NCBI GenBank assembly: GCA_025964555.1
Contig: JAOPYQ010000027.1
Span: 111,462 to 175,461, forward strand
DNA from: Thermoleophilia bacterium
Lineage (GTDB): Bacteria; Actinomycetota; Thermoleophilia; Gaiellales; SKUG01
DNA: 64,000 bases
Direction: 5' to 3'
The notes beneath the pieces were generated by a model. The model did no database searches. It had not been told where the DNA came from and was given only the letters and a program-made list of their open reading frames with translations. A program made the position numbers and the translations under genes. Each line of letters starts with the position of its first letter. The first letter of the stretch is position 1. Below are positions 1 through 12,000 of the stretch, one piece after another.

Positions 1-3000
1 CGTTGGCAGATAGGCGTCGTCGGTGAATCCGTTGTGCTCGTCGTCGACCATGAGTTCGATCGCGCCGCCGTCGTATGCGGCGTTCACTTCGCCGGCCAGA
101 TACTTGGCGTGCATGTTGTAGCGATGCTCGACGCGGATGTCGCCGCCGGACGCCGGGATCGATGCCTGGTAGGAGACGGCGGTCCAGACGCGATCACCAT
201 CGAAGCCGGAGTTGACGTTCGAGGTCGGCAACGACTGGTCGCCGACGCCGTATGCCTTGGTGCCACCTGCGGCCCAGCCTGCGGCCGTCGTGGTGTTCCA
301 TGCTCCACCCGTCGCGCCGCTCGTACTCGGCGGTGATACGCCACCGCCGACGGACGCGCCGCTCGACGGCGTCGGGCCGCTCAGGCAGCCCGCGCTCGTG
401 CTCGCCTCGAAGTCCACGGTGCAGATCGGCGACCCGGCTCCGGCTGCGGGCGTGAAGGACGTGACGTTGCCCGCGGTGGTGCCAATCAGGTTGCCGTCGA
501 CGTAGATGCGGTAGGACGTGACGCCCTTGAAGTCCCACGAGGGCGCCCAGGTCAGTGCCGTGCCGACGGGGATCGAAGCGCCCGTCGCCGGCGTCAGCAG
601 GTCGAAGGCGTTCGGCGGGGTGGTGTCGGGCACCGACAGCGCCAGGAAGCTGAACGGGAACGTCGCGGCGTTGCCCACGTTGTCGTACACCTTGACCGAC
701 CAGTTGTGCGGCGCCGTGGTGCCGACGACCGCGCCGCCGAGGATCTGGTACGTGCCGCTGCTCGTTCCCGCGAGGTTGGTGGCGACGACCGTGCCGTCGA
801 CCACGAGGTCGTACTTGGCCACGCCGCTGCCGCCATCGGTGCCGGTGGACCACGAGAACGTCAGCATGCCTTCGTTGACCGTGGCGGTGTTGCCGGGGAA
901 GGTCGCCGTCAGTCCACTCGGAGCGATCGTGTCGATGTTGATCGTGCGCGGTGCACCGGCCGAGGTGACGCGTCCGGCGCTGTCGAACGCGCGCAGCGAC
1001 CACGTCGTCGGGCCTTCGGGCAGCACGATCGGCGACGAGAAGCCTGCCGTCGCGCCCGTGAGGACGTACACGTTGGCTCCTATCGTAAGCTCGATGCGTG
1101 CGAGGCAGTCGTCGTCGGTCGCGGTCCAGCTGAACGCGGGCGTGGTATCGGACGTGTACGAGTTGGCGGCCGGGCTCGCGAAGGCGATGGTCGGCGCGGC
1201 GGCGTCGACGCGGACGTTCATCGGCGACGGCGTGGAGTTCGTCGTCAGGCCGAAGTTGTCCTTCGCGACGACGCGCCACGTGTGCGTGCCACCGGCGAGC
1301 GGCGCGGTGACGGTGTAGCTCGTCGTGGCGGCGCCGACCGAGGTGGCGAGCACGCCGTCGACGTACACGTCGTAGCCTGCCAGGCCGCTCGTCGCATCGG
1401 ACGAGGCCTGCCACGTGAGGGTGGGGGTGGCGCTCGTGTAGGTCGGATCGCTCTCGCACGTCGGCGCACCGGCGCCGTTGGTGATCGCCGGGATCGCAGG
1501 CAGCGCGGCGGGGGCAATGAGGTTGAACGCGGTCGGCGGCACCGAGTCGTTCACGACCGTCAGCGACGGCGTGTCGGTGAAGTTGCCCGCGAAGTCGTAG
1601 GCGCGCACCCACATCGTGTAGGTCCCATCGGGCAGCAGGCCGTAGTCGCGCGACACGTTCGCGGACGTCAGGGTCGTCGACGTTGCGGCGGGCGGACCGG
1701 CCGGGTCGACCCAGAACTCCTGGTACGCGATGCCGCTCGCCACGGGCAGCGCGGGATCGGTCGGCGCCGACCACGACACGACGGTCGCGACGCGCGTGAG
1801 TGTCAGGTCCACGATCGGCGGCGTACGATCGAGGATGAACGTGCGCGTGACGCTCGTCACGGAGCCCGCGGTGTAGGGGTCGAACTGCTCGATGCGCCAC
1901 GTGTGGCTGCCGTCACCCGGATCGGCGGCAAGCGTGTGCTGGGTCGTCGGGTGCACCTGGCTGCCCACGTTCACGCCGTCGAGCCACACGTTGTAGCTGG
2001 TCGGCGCAGGTCCGCCGTCGCTCGGCCAGTGCCAGTCGAGGAGGGGCACGACGTTCGTCGCCGCGCCGTTGGCCGGCGTGTCGAGCAGCGGCACGGGAAT
2101 CGCGCCGTAGCCGGTGAAGAGCACCGGCGCCGTGTCGCGCGTGTTGCCGACCAGGTCGAGCGCGCGAACGAAGACCGTGTGGCCGCCATTGGTGACGCCA
2201 CTCACGAGCGTCGACGTGGTGCCCGCAGGCAGCGTTGCCTTGATCGCGCCGTCGACCCACACCTGGTAGGCGGCGGCGGGAGCAAGTCCGCTGTCGGCGT
2301 CGGACGACGCGCTCCATGCGACGTTGACGAAGCCACGGACGGTCTGGCCGGCGGTCGGGGCCGTGACGGCGAATGCGGTCGGCTGGATCGTGTCGATGCC
2401 GAAGCTGTAGGGCCCGAAGCTCGCGGCGTTGCCGAGCGCGTCGTAGGCGACGAAGCGCCACGTGTGCGCGCCATCGGCCATCGCTGCGGCCGGCGTCCAG
2501 CTGCCCTCGGTGCCGCTCGTGACCGCGGCGGCGCTGGCGGAGCCGTCGAGGAAGACCTCGACGCGGGTGAGGCACGTCGCGTCCGTCGCGTTCCAGTCGA
2601 GCGTCGGCGTGGTGTCACCGCTCCAGCTGCCCATCGCAGGCGAGTTGAGCGAGCCGGACGGCGGGGTCGTGTCGACCTGGATGTTCGTCGGGTAGGCCGG
2701 CGTCGCGTTGACGAAGTTCGCCTGGAAGTCGAGCGCACGCACGCCGAGCGAGTGCGCGCCTTCCGTCAGCGCAGGCGTCGTCCACGTTGTGGCCGGTGCA
2801 GGGACGGTCGCGTCGGGAGCGCCGACGCCGTCGACGTACACGTCGTAGTGCGAGAGGCCGGATTCCGCGTCGCTCGACGGCGTCCACGAGAACGCGGGGG
2901 TCGTGGTCGCGTAGGTCGGCACCGCGCCACAGGTCGGGGCCGGCTGCCCTGTCGTGATCGCCGGTAGAGCGGGGTTGGTGGGCAGGTTGAGCGCGAAGGT

Positions 3001-6000
3001 GGTCGGCGGCGTGATGTCGAAGATGACCTTGGCGATGTCACCTGCGGCGTCCACGGTGTTGGTGACGTTGCCGACGTTGTCGACCTCGACGAGGCGGTAG
3101 CGGTAGCAGGTCGGCTGCACCACGGAGGTATCTACGTACGGGCTCGTGGGATGGCCGATCGGCAGCGGATACGTGGCGTAGCTCGTCCACACGCCACAGG
3201 TGTTGGTGGCGATCGTGTACGGCGCGCTCTGTCGCTCGATGCGCCACGTCGCGATGCCCGAGCCTGCGCCGTCGCCACCGACGGCGTAGGACAGGTCGAC
3301 CATGAAGTCGGTGATGAGCCCGTTCTCCTGGTCGAGCGTCGCGCCGGTCGGAGCCGCGCCATCGACGTTCACGGTGAACGGGATCGTGGTCATCAGGCCG
3401 CTGCCGTTGGCGACCTGCACCACGGGAGCTACGCCAGGCGTGGTGGCGGTCGGCGACCAGGCGTAGCTGCCGTTGTAGAGGCCGCCGGACGTGTAGATGA
3501 ACGTCGACCCGAGCGCCGGGAACACTGCCGCGCCAGTTCCCGATTCGGGGTCGGTTGCCGCGACCGAGATGGTGAAGTTGATCGGGCCCGTCGGTGCTGC
3601 CTTGACCCAGATGGTGTCGGGCGCGGAGAGGTACTGCTCGCCCGGGTTGGTGCCTTCTGCCAGCGTGACGGACGCGCCGGTCGGGGCGGTCGTGTCGACC
3701 ATCCGCGCGGCAGAGACGGGCGAGAAGCCGACGTTGCCGACGTTGTCCGTGGCGGCGACGCGATAGCGGTAGCAGGTCGCATGCGCGAGCGTGTCTGCGT
3801 AGGACGCGCCGCCCGCTGGACCGACCGCGACCCAGGTGGCCGACCACGAGCAGACGCCACCGGCGAGCGTGCCGGTCTCGCGCTGGAGCTGGTAGCCAGC
3901 GATGCCGGAACCGGTGCCGTCGTTGCCGGCGGTGTAGTTGACCGTGAGGGCTGTCGAGGTCGTGTAGCCGCCCGGGTGCGTGACGGTCGCCGCGACCGGC
4001 ACCGCTGCATCGGAGATCACTTCGAACGGCAGGTTGAGCGAGCCGAGGCTGTTGGATCGCACGGCGGCGTTGAGGCCGGCGGGCGGCGCGCCGGCAGCAC
4101 CGGTCCACGAGTAGGTGCGGGTGAAGTTGGGGCCGGGGCCGGGCATCACGCCATTGCCCGTGAAGCCGGCAGCGAGGGCGGGGAACGTGACGTCGAGGAT
4201 CCCGGATGCGGCGGCCGCCGTGGCGTTCGCGTCGAACGTGCCGCTCGTGCCTGCGTTCGTGTTGACGAACAGGCGCGTCGGGTTGGCGAGGTACGTCCAC
4301 TGGGTGCCGGTGTTCTCGGCGAGCGTGATGGAGCCGGTCGGCGGCGTCAGGTCGATCTTGGTGACGTCGGTGCCGGTGAAGGTGCCGACGTTGCCGACGT
4401 TGTCGGTGACGAGCAGGCGGTAGCGCGCGCAGGTGCCGTCGGCGACGACGTCGTTGCGCGTGCCGGCGACGGTGCCCGCCCCGCTCGAGACGGTGGTGGT
4501 GTAGCCCGACCACGTGATGCAGGTGCCCGCGCTCAGCGTCGCGGTGTCACGCAGCAGAGTCCAGCCCTGGATGCCGGAGCCCGCGCCATCCCCGCCACTG
4601 CCAACGTTCACCACGATCGTCGTGGACGGGTTGTAGGAGTTGGGGTTGGTGACGGTGCCCGCGGCCGGGAGCACGGAGTCGGGCGTGAACTCGAACGGCG
4701 TGGAGGCGTTGTTGACCGCGGTCGCGTCGAATGCCTTCGCGTTGAGCGTCGGCGGGTCGGCGACCGCGCCCGCCGTGTTGAAGGAGTACGTCTGCGAGTA
4801 GCGATTCGCCGGGCCGATCGGCACGGTCTGCGACGCGGGCATGCCACCGGTCCAGCCGGCACCGGCCGAGCTGTACTCGACGCGGTTGATGCCGCTCGGA
4901 TCGCTCGCGATGGTGCGCACGTCGAAGGAGTAGGAGCCGGCCGGTGCGGTCGGGTTGTACCAGAGCACGTTGTTGGTGCCGACCGGGCCGGCCCAGTGGG
5001 TGTACTGCGACGTCTCGTTGTAGGAGTCGAAACCGACGAACGGCGGGAAGTTGTCGAGCAGCACGGAGATCGAGTTGGTGGCCGACGGGTTGCCCGCGAC
5101 GTCGAAGCTCGTCGCGGTGAGCGTGTACGTGCCGTCGGCGAAGGTCGAGGTGGCCCAGCTGCAGGTGAAGGTGTAGGCGTTGTAGGCGCCGCCGAGCGTC
5201 GCCGGGTCGCAGATCGTGCCGGTGCCGGGCGCCTGCGGTCCGGTCCAGGTGAGCTTCACCTTGGCGATGCCGGTGTGCACGTCGCTGGCGGTTCCCGAGA
5301 CGTTGAAGGTGCCGCCCTGGACGCTGCCGGACAGCGGCGCACCGATGTTGACGAGCGGTGCGACCAGGTCGACGCGTCGCGCCGTCGTGGGCGTGCTCTG
5401 GCCGACGTTGCCGACGTTGTCGGTGACGTCGAGGCGGTAGCGGTAGCACTGGCTGCCGAGCGCGGTGACGTCGTGGCTGTAGGACGCCGGCGCGATGCCG
5501 ACCCCGCTCGTGACGGAGGCCCACGTGTTCGCGAACGCGCCGCAGCCGTCGTTGGTGAGCGGCGCGGTGTCGACGAACAGGTTCCAGCTGCCGAGGCCGG
5601 ACTCGAGCGCACCTTCGGTGCCGGCGCCGAGCGTGACCGCGACGTTCGCGGTGATCTGGTTGCCGTTGACGACGCTTGCGGCCATACCGGTCGGCGCGGT
5701 GCCGTCGAGGCGCACCTCGAATGGCACGGTGCCGGAGTTGCCCGCCCCGTCGAATGCCGTCGCGACCTTCGCACCCGGTGGGGCGAGCGCGCCGGGGTTC
5801 GCGAACGTGTAGGACATCGTGTAGGCGTTCGCGACCGGGACCGGCGAGGTCGACGTCGCGTTGGTGATGCCCGCGGCCGGGGTCCAGCCGGCGCCAAGTC
5901 CGGGGAACTCGACGCGGTTGACGTTGCTGCCTGCGTCGGATGCCGTCACGCGCGCGTCGAGCTGGTAGGCGCCCGGAGCGGCGTTCGGGTTGACCCACGC

Positions 6001-9000
6001 CACGCTGGCGACCGAGTGCATGGCCGCGCTGCCATAGTCGTTCCAGCTGTGCCAGGCGCGGACCGGAGCGATGTTGTCGACCAGGTAGGTCCGCGTCTGG
6101 ATGACGGACAGGTTGCCGGCACGGTCGCGGGACTGGATCTTGATCGTGTAGATGCCGTCCATCGCCGGGAGCGTGGAGTTCCACGAGCACGACCAGGTCA
6201 GCGCGGTCCACGGTCCACCGAACGCGACGATCGGCGGGCAGGCGTTGCCGGTGAAGTCGGGGGCGGTTCCGGCGTCGGGTCCGTCCGGGCTCTCGTAGGT
6301 CACGACGACCTGGTCGATGCCGCTGCCCGTGTTGGTGTACTCGATGCCGCTTCCGGGCCACACGTCGTCGGCGGTGCCGGTGATGGCGAACGTGCCCGAC
6401 TGTGCGGAGCCGTTGGGCGGGCCGGTGAAGCCGACGTCCGGCTGGCCGAAGTCGAACTTCATGAAGCCGTTGTCGGCGATCGTCGTCATGTTGTCGACGT
6501 TGTCGAACACGCGGACGCGAGTCCTCCAGCAGAACGCGTCCTTGTAGTCGGCGATCATGTCGAAGTTCGGGTCGTTGAGGTAGTGCGTGATGTTGAGCGT
6601 CGTGCCGTTGACGGCGGGACCGGAGTAGCCGGTGATCGACGAGCCGTCGACCCACGGATCCCACGCGCCACACGCGTTGTCGGTGAGCGGCGCCGTCTGC
6701 ACGTCCATGATCCAGCGGCCGATGCCTGAGTCGGCGTCGGTACCGAGCGGCACGCTCTGGGGATACGTGACGGTGTTCTGCAGGCCCGTCATGGGCGGGA
6801 CGGTCGCCGGGCTCGTCGGCGCGAGGCTGTCGGGGCGGATGTCGAAGTCGAGCGCGGGCGAGCCGGTCGCTGCGCCACCGGTGTCGTAGGCGGTCGCGTT
6901 GTTGAGCGCCGGGTCGCCGATCGCGCCGGAGCCGGAGAAGGCGTAGTCCCACGTCCAGGTGTTCGCGGCGCCGACCACGTTGTCGCTGCCACCCGCGCCC
7001 CATGCTGCGCCTGCGCCGAGGTTCGGGAAGTCGACGCGGTCCATGCCGGCGCCGGGATCGCTCGCGGTCACCGTCGCGCGTGCAACGCCGGGATCGACGG
7101 GACCCGAGGGCGCAGGGTTGAACCACAGCAGGTTGCCACCGGGCGAGTAGAGGTAGTTGGAGAGGTTGCCGGCGGGCTCGGTCCAGGAGGTCCAGTTCGC
7201 TGTCGGTGGGCCCAGGTCGATGCTGATCCCGTTGGTGCAGCCGGTCGCCGCTGCGTTGGTCGCGACGTCGACGCCTCGCACGCAGACGTAGTACGTCGTG
7301 CCGTTGACGAGCGCGAGGCCTGAGCGGGTGAGCGTCGTCGCCGTGAGGGGCGCGTTGTCGGCCCACGTGACCAGTGCGCCGGCTGCGCAGTTGGCGCCTC
7401 CCGCGATCGTGGTGATGCAGTACTGGTACTTCTGGAGGCCCGATGCGACGCCGACGCCGGGCGCCGGGTCTGCGACCGCGCTCCAGTTGGCGCTCAGCGT
7501 GTTGGGGCTGCTCGTGTAGCCGACATCGGCGCCTGTGCCGTCGTTGATCGTCGCGGGCACCGGCGGGGCGATCGTGTCGACGCGCTGGCCATCGGAGGAG
7601 ACGGTTCCTGGCGTCGCGTTGCCGGCGACGTCGGTGCCGCGAACGGTGGTGTAGTAGAGCTCGCCCTGGACGAGTGCCAGGGCGGCGCTCGTCTCGGTGA
7701 TCGCCGTAACGTTGTTCGTCCAGTTCTTGACGATCGTGCCCGAGCACGCAATGCCGGTGGAGATGCAGTACTCCCACGACGCGATGCCGCTGAGCGGATC
7801 GCTGCCGCCCGGCCAGTTCGCGGACGCGGTCGTGAGCGACTGCAGCCAGGCGATGTCGGCGCCGGTGCCGTCGAGGACCGCGGGCGGCAGGATCGGCGCG
7901 ACGTTGTCGACGCGCTGTCCGTTGGAGCACAGCGGGGGAGCGGTGACGTTGAGCGCGGTGTCGTACGCGCGCACGCACGAATAGTAGATGGTGCCGTTGG
8001 CGAGGGTCAGTCCGCCGCTCGACTGGTTGAGCGTCAGGCCGGTCGCCGTCCACCCCTTCGTGGGTGTCGCCGCGCAGTCGGCGCCGGTCGGCGAGGTGGT
8101 GAGGCAGTACTCGTAGTGGTCGATGCCCGCGGGGTCGGTGGCGCCGTCCCAGTTGCTCAGCAGCGTGGTGGTGCTCGTCGTCCACGTCACGTCGCCCGGT
8201 CCGGCGCCGTCGCGGGAGGTGCCGAGCCAGGTCGGCGGGCCGACGTCGATCGTGATGCCGTCGCTGCAGGCGAGCGCGCCGTTGTTGGTCGCGACGTCGA
8301 CCGCACGCACGCAGACGCGGTACGTGGAGCCGTTGGTGAGCGTCAGGCCGGCACGGGTCACCGACGTCGCGCCGAGCGGCACGTTGTCGGTCCACGCGAG
8401 CGTCGCGGCGCCGGCGCAGTCGGTGCCGGCGGCGGTCGTGGTGATGCAGAACTGGTACTTGTCGACGCCGGAGGCGAAGCCGACGCCCGGCGCAGGGTCG
8501 GTGACGCCGGCCCAGTTGGCGCTCAGCGTGGTGGTGCTGGACTGGAAGTCGGTGTCGGCGCCGGTGCTGTCGTTGACGGTCGCCGATGCGGTCGGTCCCA
8601 CGGTGTCGACGCGCTGGGAGTTCGACGTCGCCAGCATCGTGCCGCCGTTGCCCGCGTTGTCGTAGCCGCGCACGGTGGTGTAGTACGCCTGGCCCTGGAC
8701 GAGCGTCAGGCCGGCGCTCGTCTGGGCGGCGGTGACGCCCGTGCTCGTCCAGTTCTTGGCGATCGTGCCGGCGCACGACGGGAGCGTCGAGATGCAGTAC
8801 TCCCAGCGGTTGAGGCCGGACAGCGCGTCGCTGCCGCCGGGCCAATTCGCCGACGCCGTGGTGAGCGACTGCAGCCAGGTGAGGTCCGCGCCCGTGCCGT
8901 CGTTGACCGCGGGCGGAACCGTGGGCTCCACCGCGTCGACCGTCTGGCCGTTCGAGCAGAGGGTCGCGCCGGTGTTGCCGGCGTTGTCGGTCGCGCGCAC

Positions 9001-12000
9001 GCACGAGTAGTAGGTGGTGGCGTGCACCAGGCTGAGCGCGTTGCTCGTCTCGGTCAGCGCGAGCGCATTGCCGGTCCACGACCTGGTCCCGCCACCGGCG
9101 CAGTCAGCTCCGGTCGCGGAGGTCGAGAGGCAGTAGTCGTAGCTGCCGATGCCGTTCGCGTCGGTCGCGGCGCTCCAGTGGCTCGACAGGGTGGACAGGC
9201 TCGTCGTCCACACCACGTCGGTCACCGGGCCGACGCCGTCGCGCGACGCGCCGGCCGGCCACACCGGCGGGATGCCGTCGATGAGCACGCCGTCGGAGCA
9301 CGACGATCCGCTGACCGCGTTGCCGGCGAGATCCCAGGAACGGATGCAGACCCGGTACGTGGTGCCGTCTGCGAGCGCGAGGCCCGAGCGCGTGAGCGAC
9401 GTGCCGGTCAGCGGCGCCGTGTCGGTCCAGGCCACGGTCGCCGCGCCGGCGCAGTCGGCGCCGCCAGCGGTAGTGGTGATGCAGTACTGGTACTTGAGCA
9501 GGCCGGAGGCAGGGGCCGGGTCGACGACGGTCGGCCAGTTCGCGTTCAACGTCGTGGCGTTGGACTGCACGTCGATGTCGGCGGCGAGGCTGTCGAGCAC
9601 GGTGTTCGCGGCGAGGGCGGGCGTCGACACCGTGTCCTTGCGCTGGCCGTTCGAGCATGCCGATCCGGCCGAGGGGTTGCCTGCGTTGTCGTACACGCGC
9701 ACGCACGCGAAGTACTGGGTACCTTCGGTGGTCGCGATGGGCGCGGCGGAGACGCTCGTCGCAAGGGCGTTGGTGGTCCAGGTGCGCAGCGCGCCACCGG
9801 CACAGTCGGCGCCGCTCGCGGACGTCGTGATGCAGTACTCCCAGCGGTTCACGCCCGAACCGATGTCCCCGCCACCCGACCAGTTCGCCTGGACCGTGCT
9901 GGCCGGGGTGTTGGTCTGGTTGATCCAGGTGATGTCAGCCGCGGTGCCGTCGTTGACGGTCGGGAGCGTCGGCAGCAGGGTGTCGACGGTCTGGCCGTTG
10001 GAGCACTGCACGGTGGAAGCGTTGCCCGCGGGGTCGTTCGCGCGAACGCACGAGTAGTAGAGGCCGCCCTCGGTGAGCGTCAGTCCGCCGCTTGTCTGGT
10101 TGAGCACGAGCGCGTTGTTGGTCCAGACCTTGGTCGCGCCCGCTGCGCAGTCCGAGCCCGACGGAGAGGTGGAGAGGCAGTACTCGTACTTCGCGACCGT
10201 GTTCGAGTCGGTGGCTGCCGACCAGTTGCTGCCGAGGGTGGTCAGGCTGTTGACCCAGGTCAGGTCGCCGGCGGCGGCGCCGTCGCGCCAGAAGGAGCCG
10301 CCAGGCCACGCCGGCGCGGTGTTGTCGACCTTGTAGGTGTTCGACGCGACGACGCGAACGTTGCCGGCGACGTCAGTGACGGTGAGCTGCAGTTCGTAGT
10401 CACCGTCGATGACTGCCGTCGTGTCCCAGGAGCAGGCCCAGGTCGGCGAGCTCGCGCCCGCGCACGTCACGCCTGTCGGCAGCGGGCCGGCGGGTGAGGG
10501 CGTGATGCGGCGCCACTGGAGTGAATGGGTCGCCACGCCGCTCGCGGCGTCGCTGGCGGTGCCGGACACCGCTACTGTGCCGCGGTTCCAGCTGCCGGTC
10601 GCGGGTGCGGTGATCGCGCCGTTCGGGAGCACGGTGTCGATTCGGAACTGGCCGCACGCACCGACGTCGGGCGCCGCGCATGACGTGGCGGTGAAGTTGT
10701 TCCACGCGCCGATCTGGTCGTCGCCGTTGAAGACGGAATCGTCCTCGACCGTGCGCCCGCGCATGTAATAGGTGCCGTCCGCGAGCGCCGGGGAGGTCCA
10801 GTCGTTGGTGGCGCCACCGAACGTCTGGCCGAAGGTGGAGTTGCCGGTCTGCACCACCGTGGCACAGGTCGCGTTCGAGCAGATCTGGTAGTTGATGTGG
10901 TGGTACCAGTCCGGATCGTCGAGGTCGGCGCGCAGGCGCGGCGTCGAATCGTTGGTCCAGCCGGTCGCCGAGATGGTGGTGGGTGCCGAGAGTCGCTGGT
11001 TGGCCGCGACGCCCGGCGTGTTGGTCGTGGCAGCGCCGAAGTTGATGAACGTGCTGAGCGAGTTCGTGTGGAGCAGTACGTTCGTGTTGTTCGCGCCCGT
11101 GTCGAGGACGACGAGCGCGTACTCGACGAAGACGTGGTCGCTCACGCCCAGGATGTTCGTGCCCGGATTGACCGTCATGTTCGGGATCGTGATGTTCGAG
11201 ATCTGGTTGTTCAGGGCGAACACGACGGGCGCGCTCTGCACCCAGTCCGTGAGCGCGACCGGAGCCGGCGCGTCCTGCATCTCGGTGAACACCGCGTCAC
11301 TCGGCGACGCGAGGCCCTTCCAGATGCGTGCCTTGACCGCGAGCGTCAGCGGGTTCGCGGTAGCCGAGGTCACCTGGATGCGGGCCTGCGCCGAGTACGG
11401 ACCGAGGGGCAGCGTCACGCCGCCGAGCGATTCCTGAGCCCAGCCGAACTGACCGAGCCCCGCGCCGTTGTTGAGCGGGGGGTTGCCGTCGACCGGAAGC
11501 GGATGCGTGGCATTGGTGACCGGCGCCGCTTCCGGCACGGTGGTGTTGCCGTTGGACCAGAACATGTACTCGCTGCCGACCGGCTCGTCGACGTCGCCGA
11601 TGGAGGTGCCCGTGTCGAGGCCACCAGGAGGCGTACCGAACAGGCCATTGACGGTGCCGCTGCCTGGCACGTACGCCGGCGACGGATAGAGCCACTGCGG
11701 GTAGCTCGACGCCGGGTCGAGCACGTACGGCAGCGCGATGCCGCGATCGTCGATCGTGACGCTCAGCAGGTCACCGTCGAGCTTCCACTCGAGGTCCTTG
11801 ATGCGGCGGCCTGCGGCGTTCTGCAGGAACGGCTTGGCGAGCACCACGTCGGCGCCGTAGTGGAGCGAGCCGTCGGCGGCGATGACCGGGCCCTTGCCGC
11901 CCTTCCAGCTGAGCTTCCACCTCCAGGTCCGCACTCCCTGGCTGCGGTGGACGGCGATCGATTCCTTGAGGCTGCCCCAGCCGACCTGCTGGACGACGTC

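Noticed and set aside
706-10497. Very long ORFs overlapping the giant gene in other frames and strands, e.g. 706-2967 (+), 3151-6729 (+), 4547-9079 (-) and 8116-10497 (+)
   Set aside because: Their translations are extremely Arg/Gly/Asp/His-rich with no recognisable motifs, which is typical of off-frame shadow ORFs in very GC-rich DNA. The frame I call gives balanced, GC3-biased, repeat-structured protein and is the only one without stops across the region.
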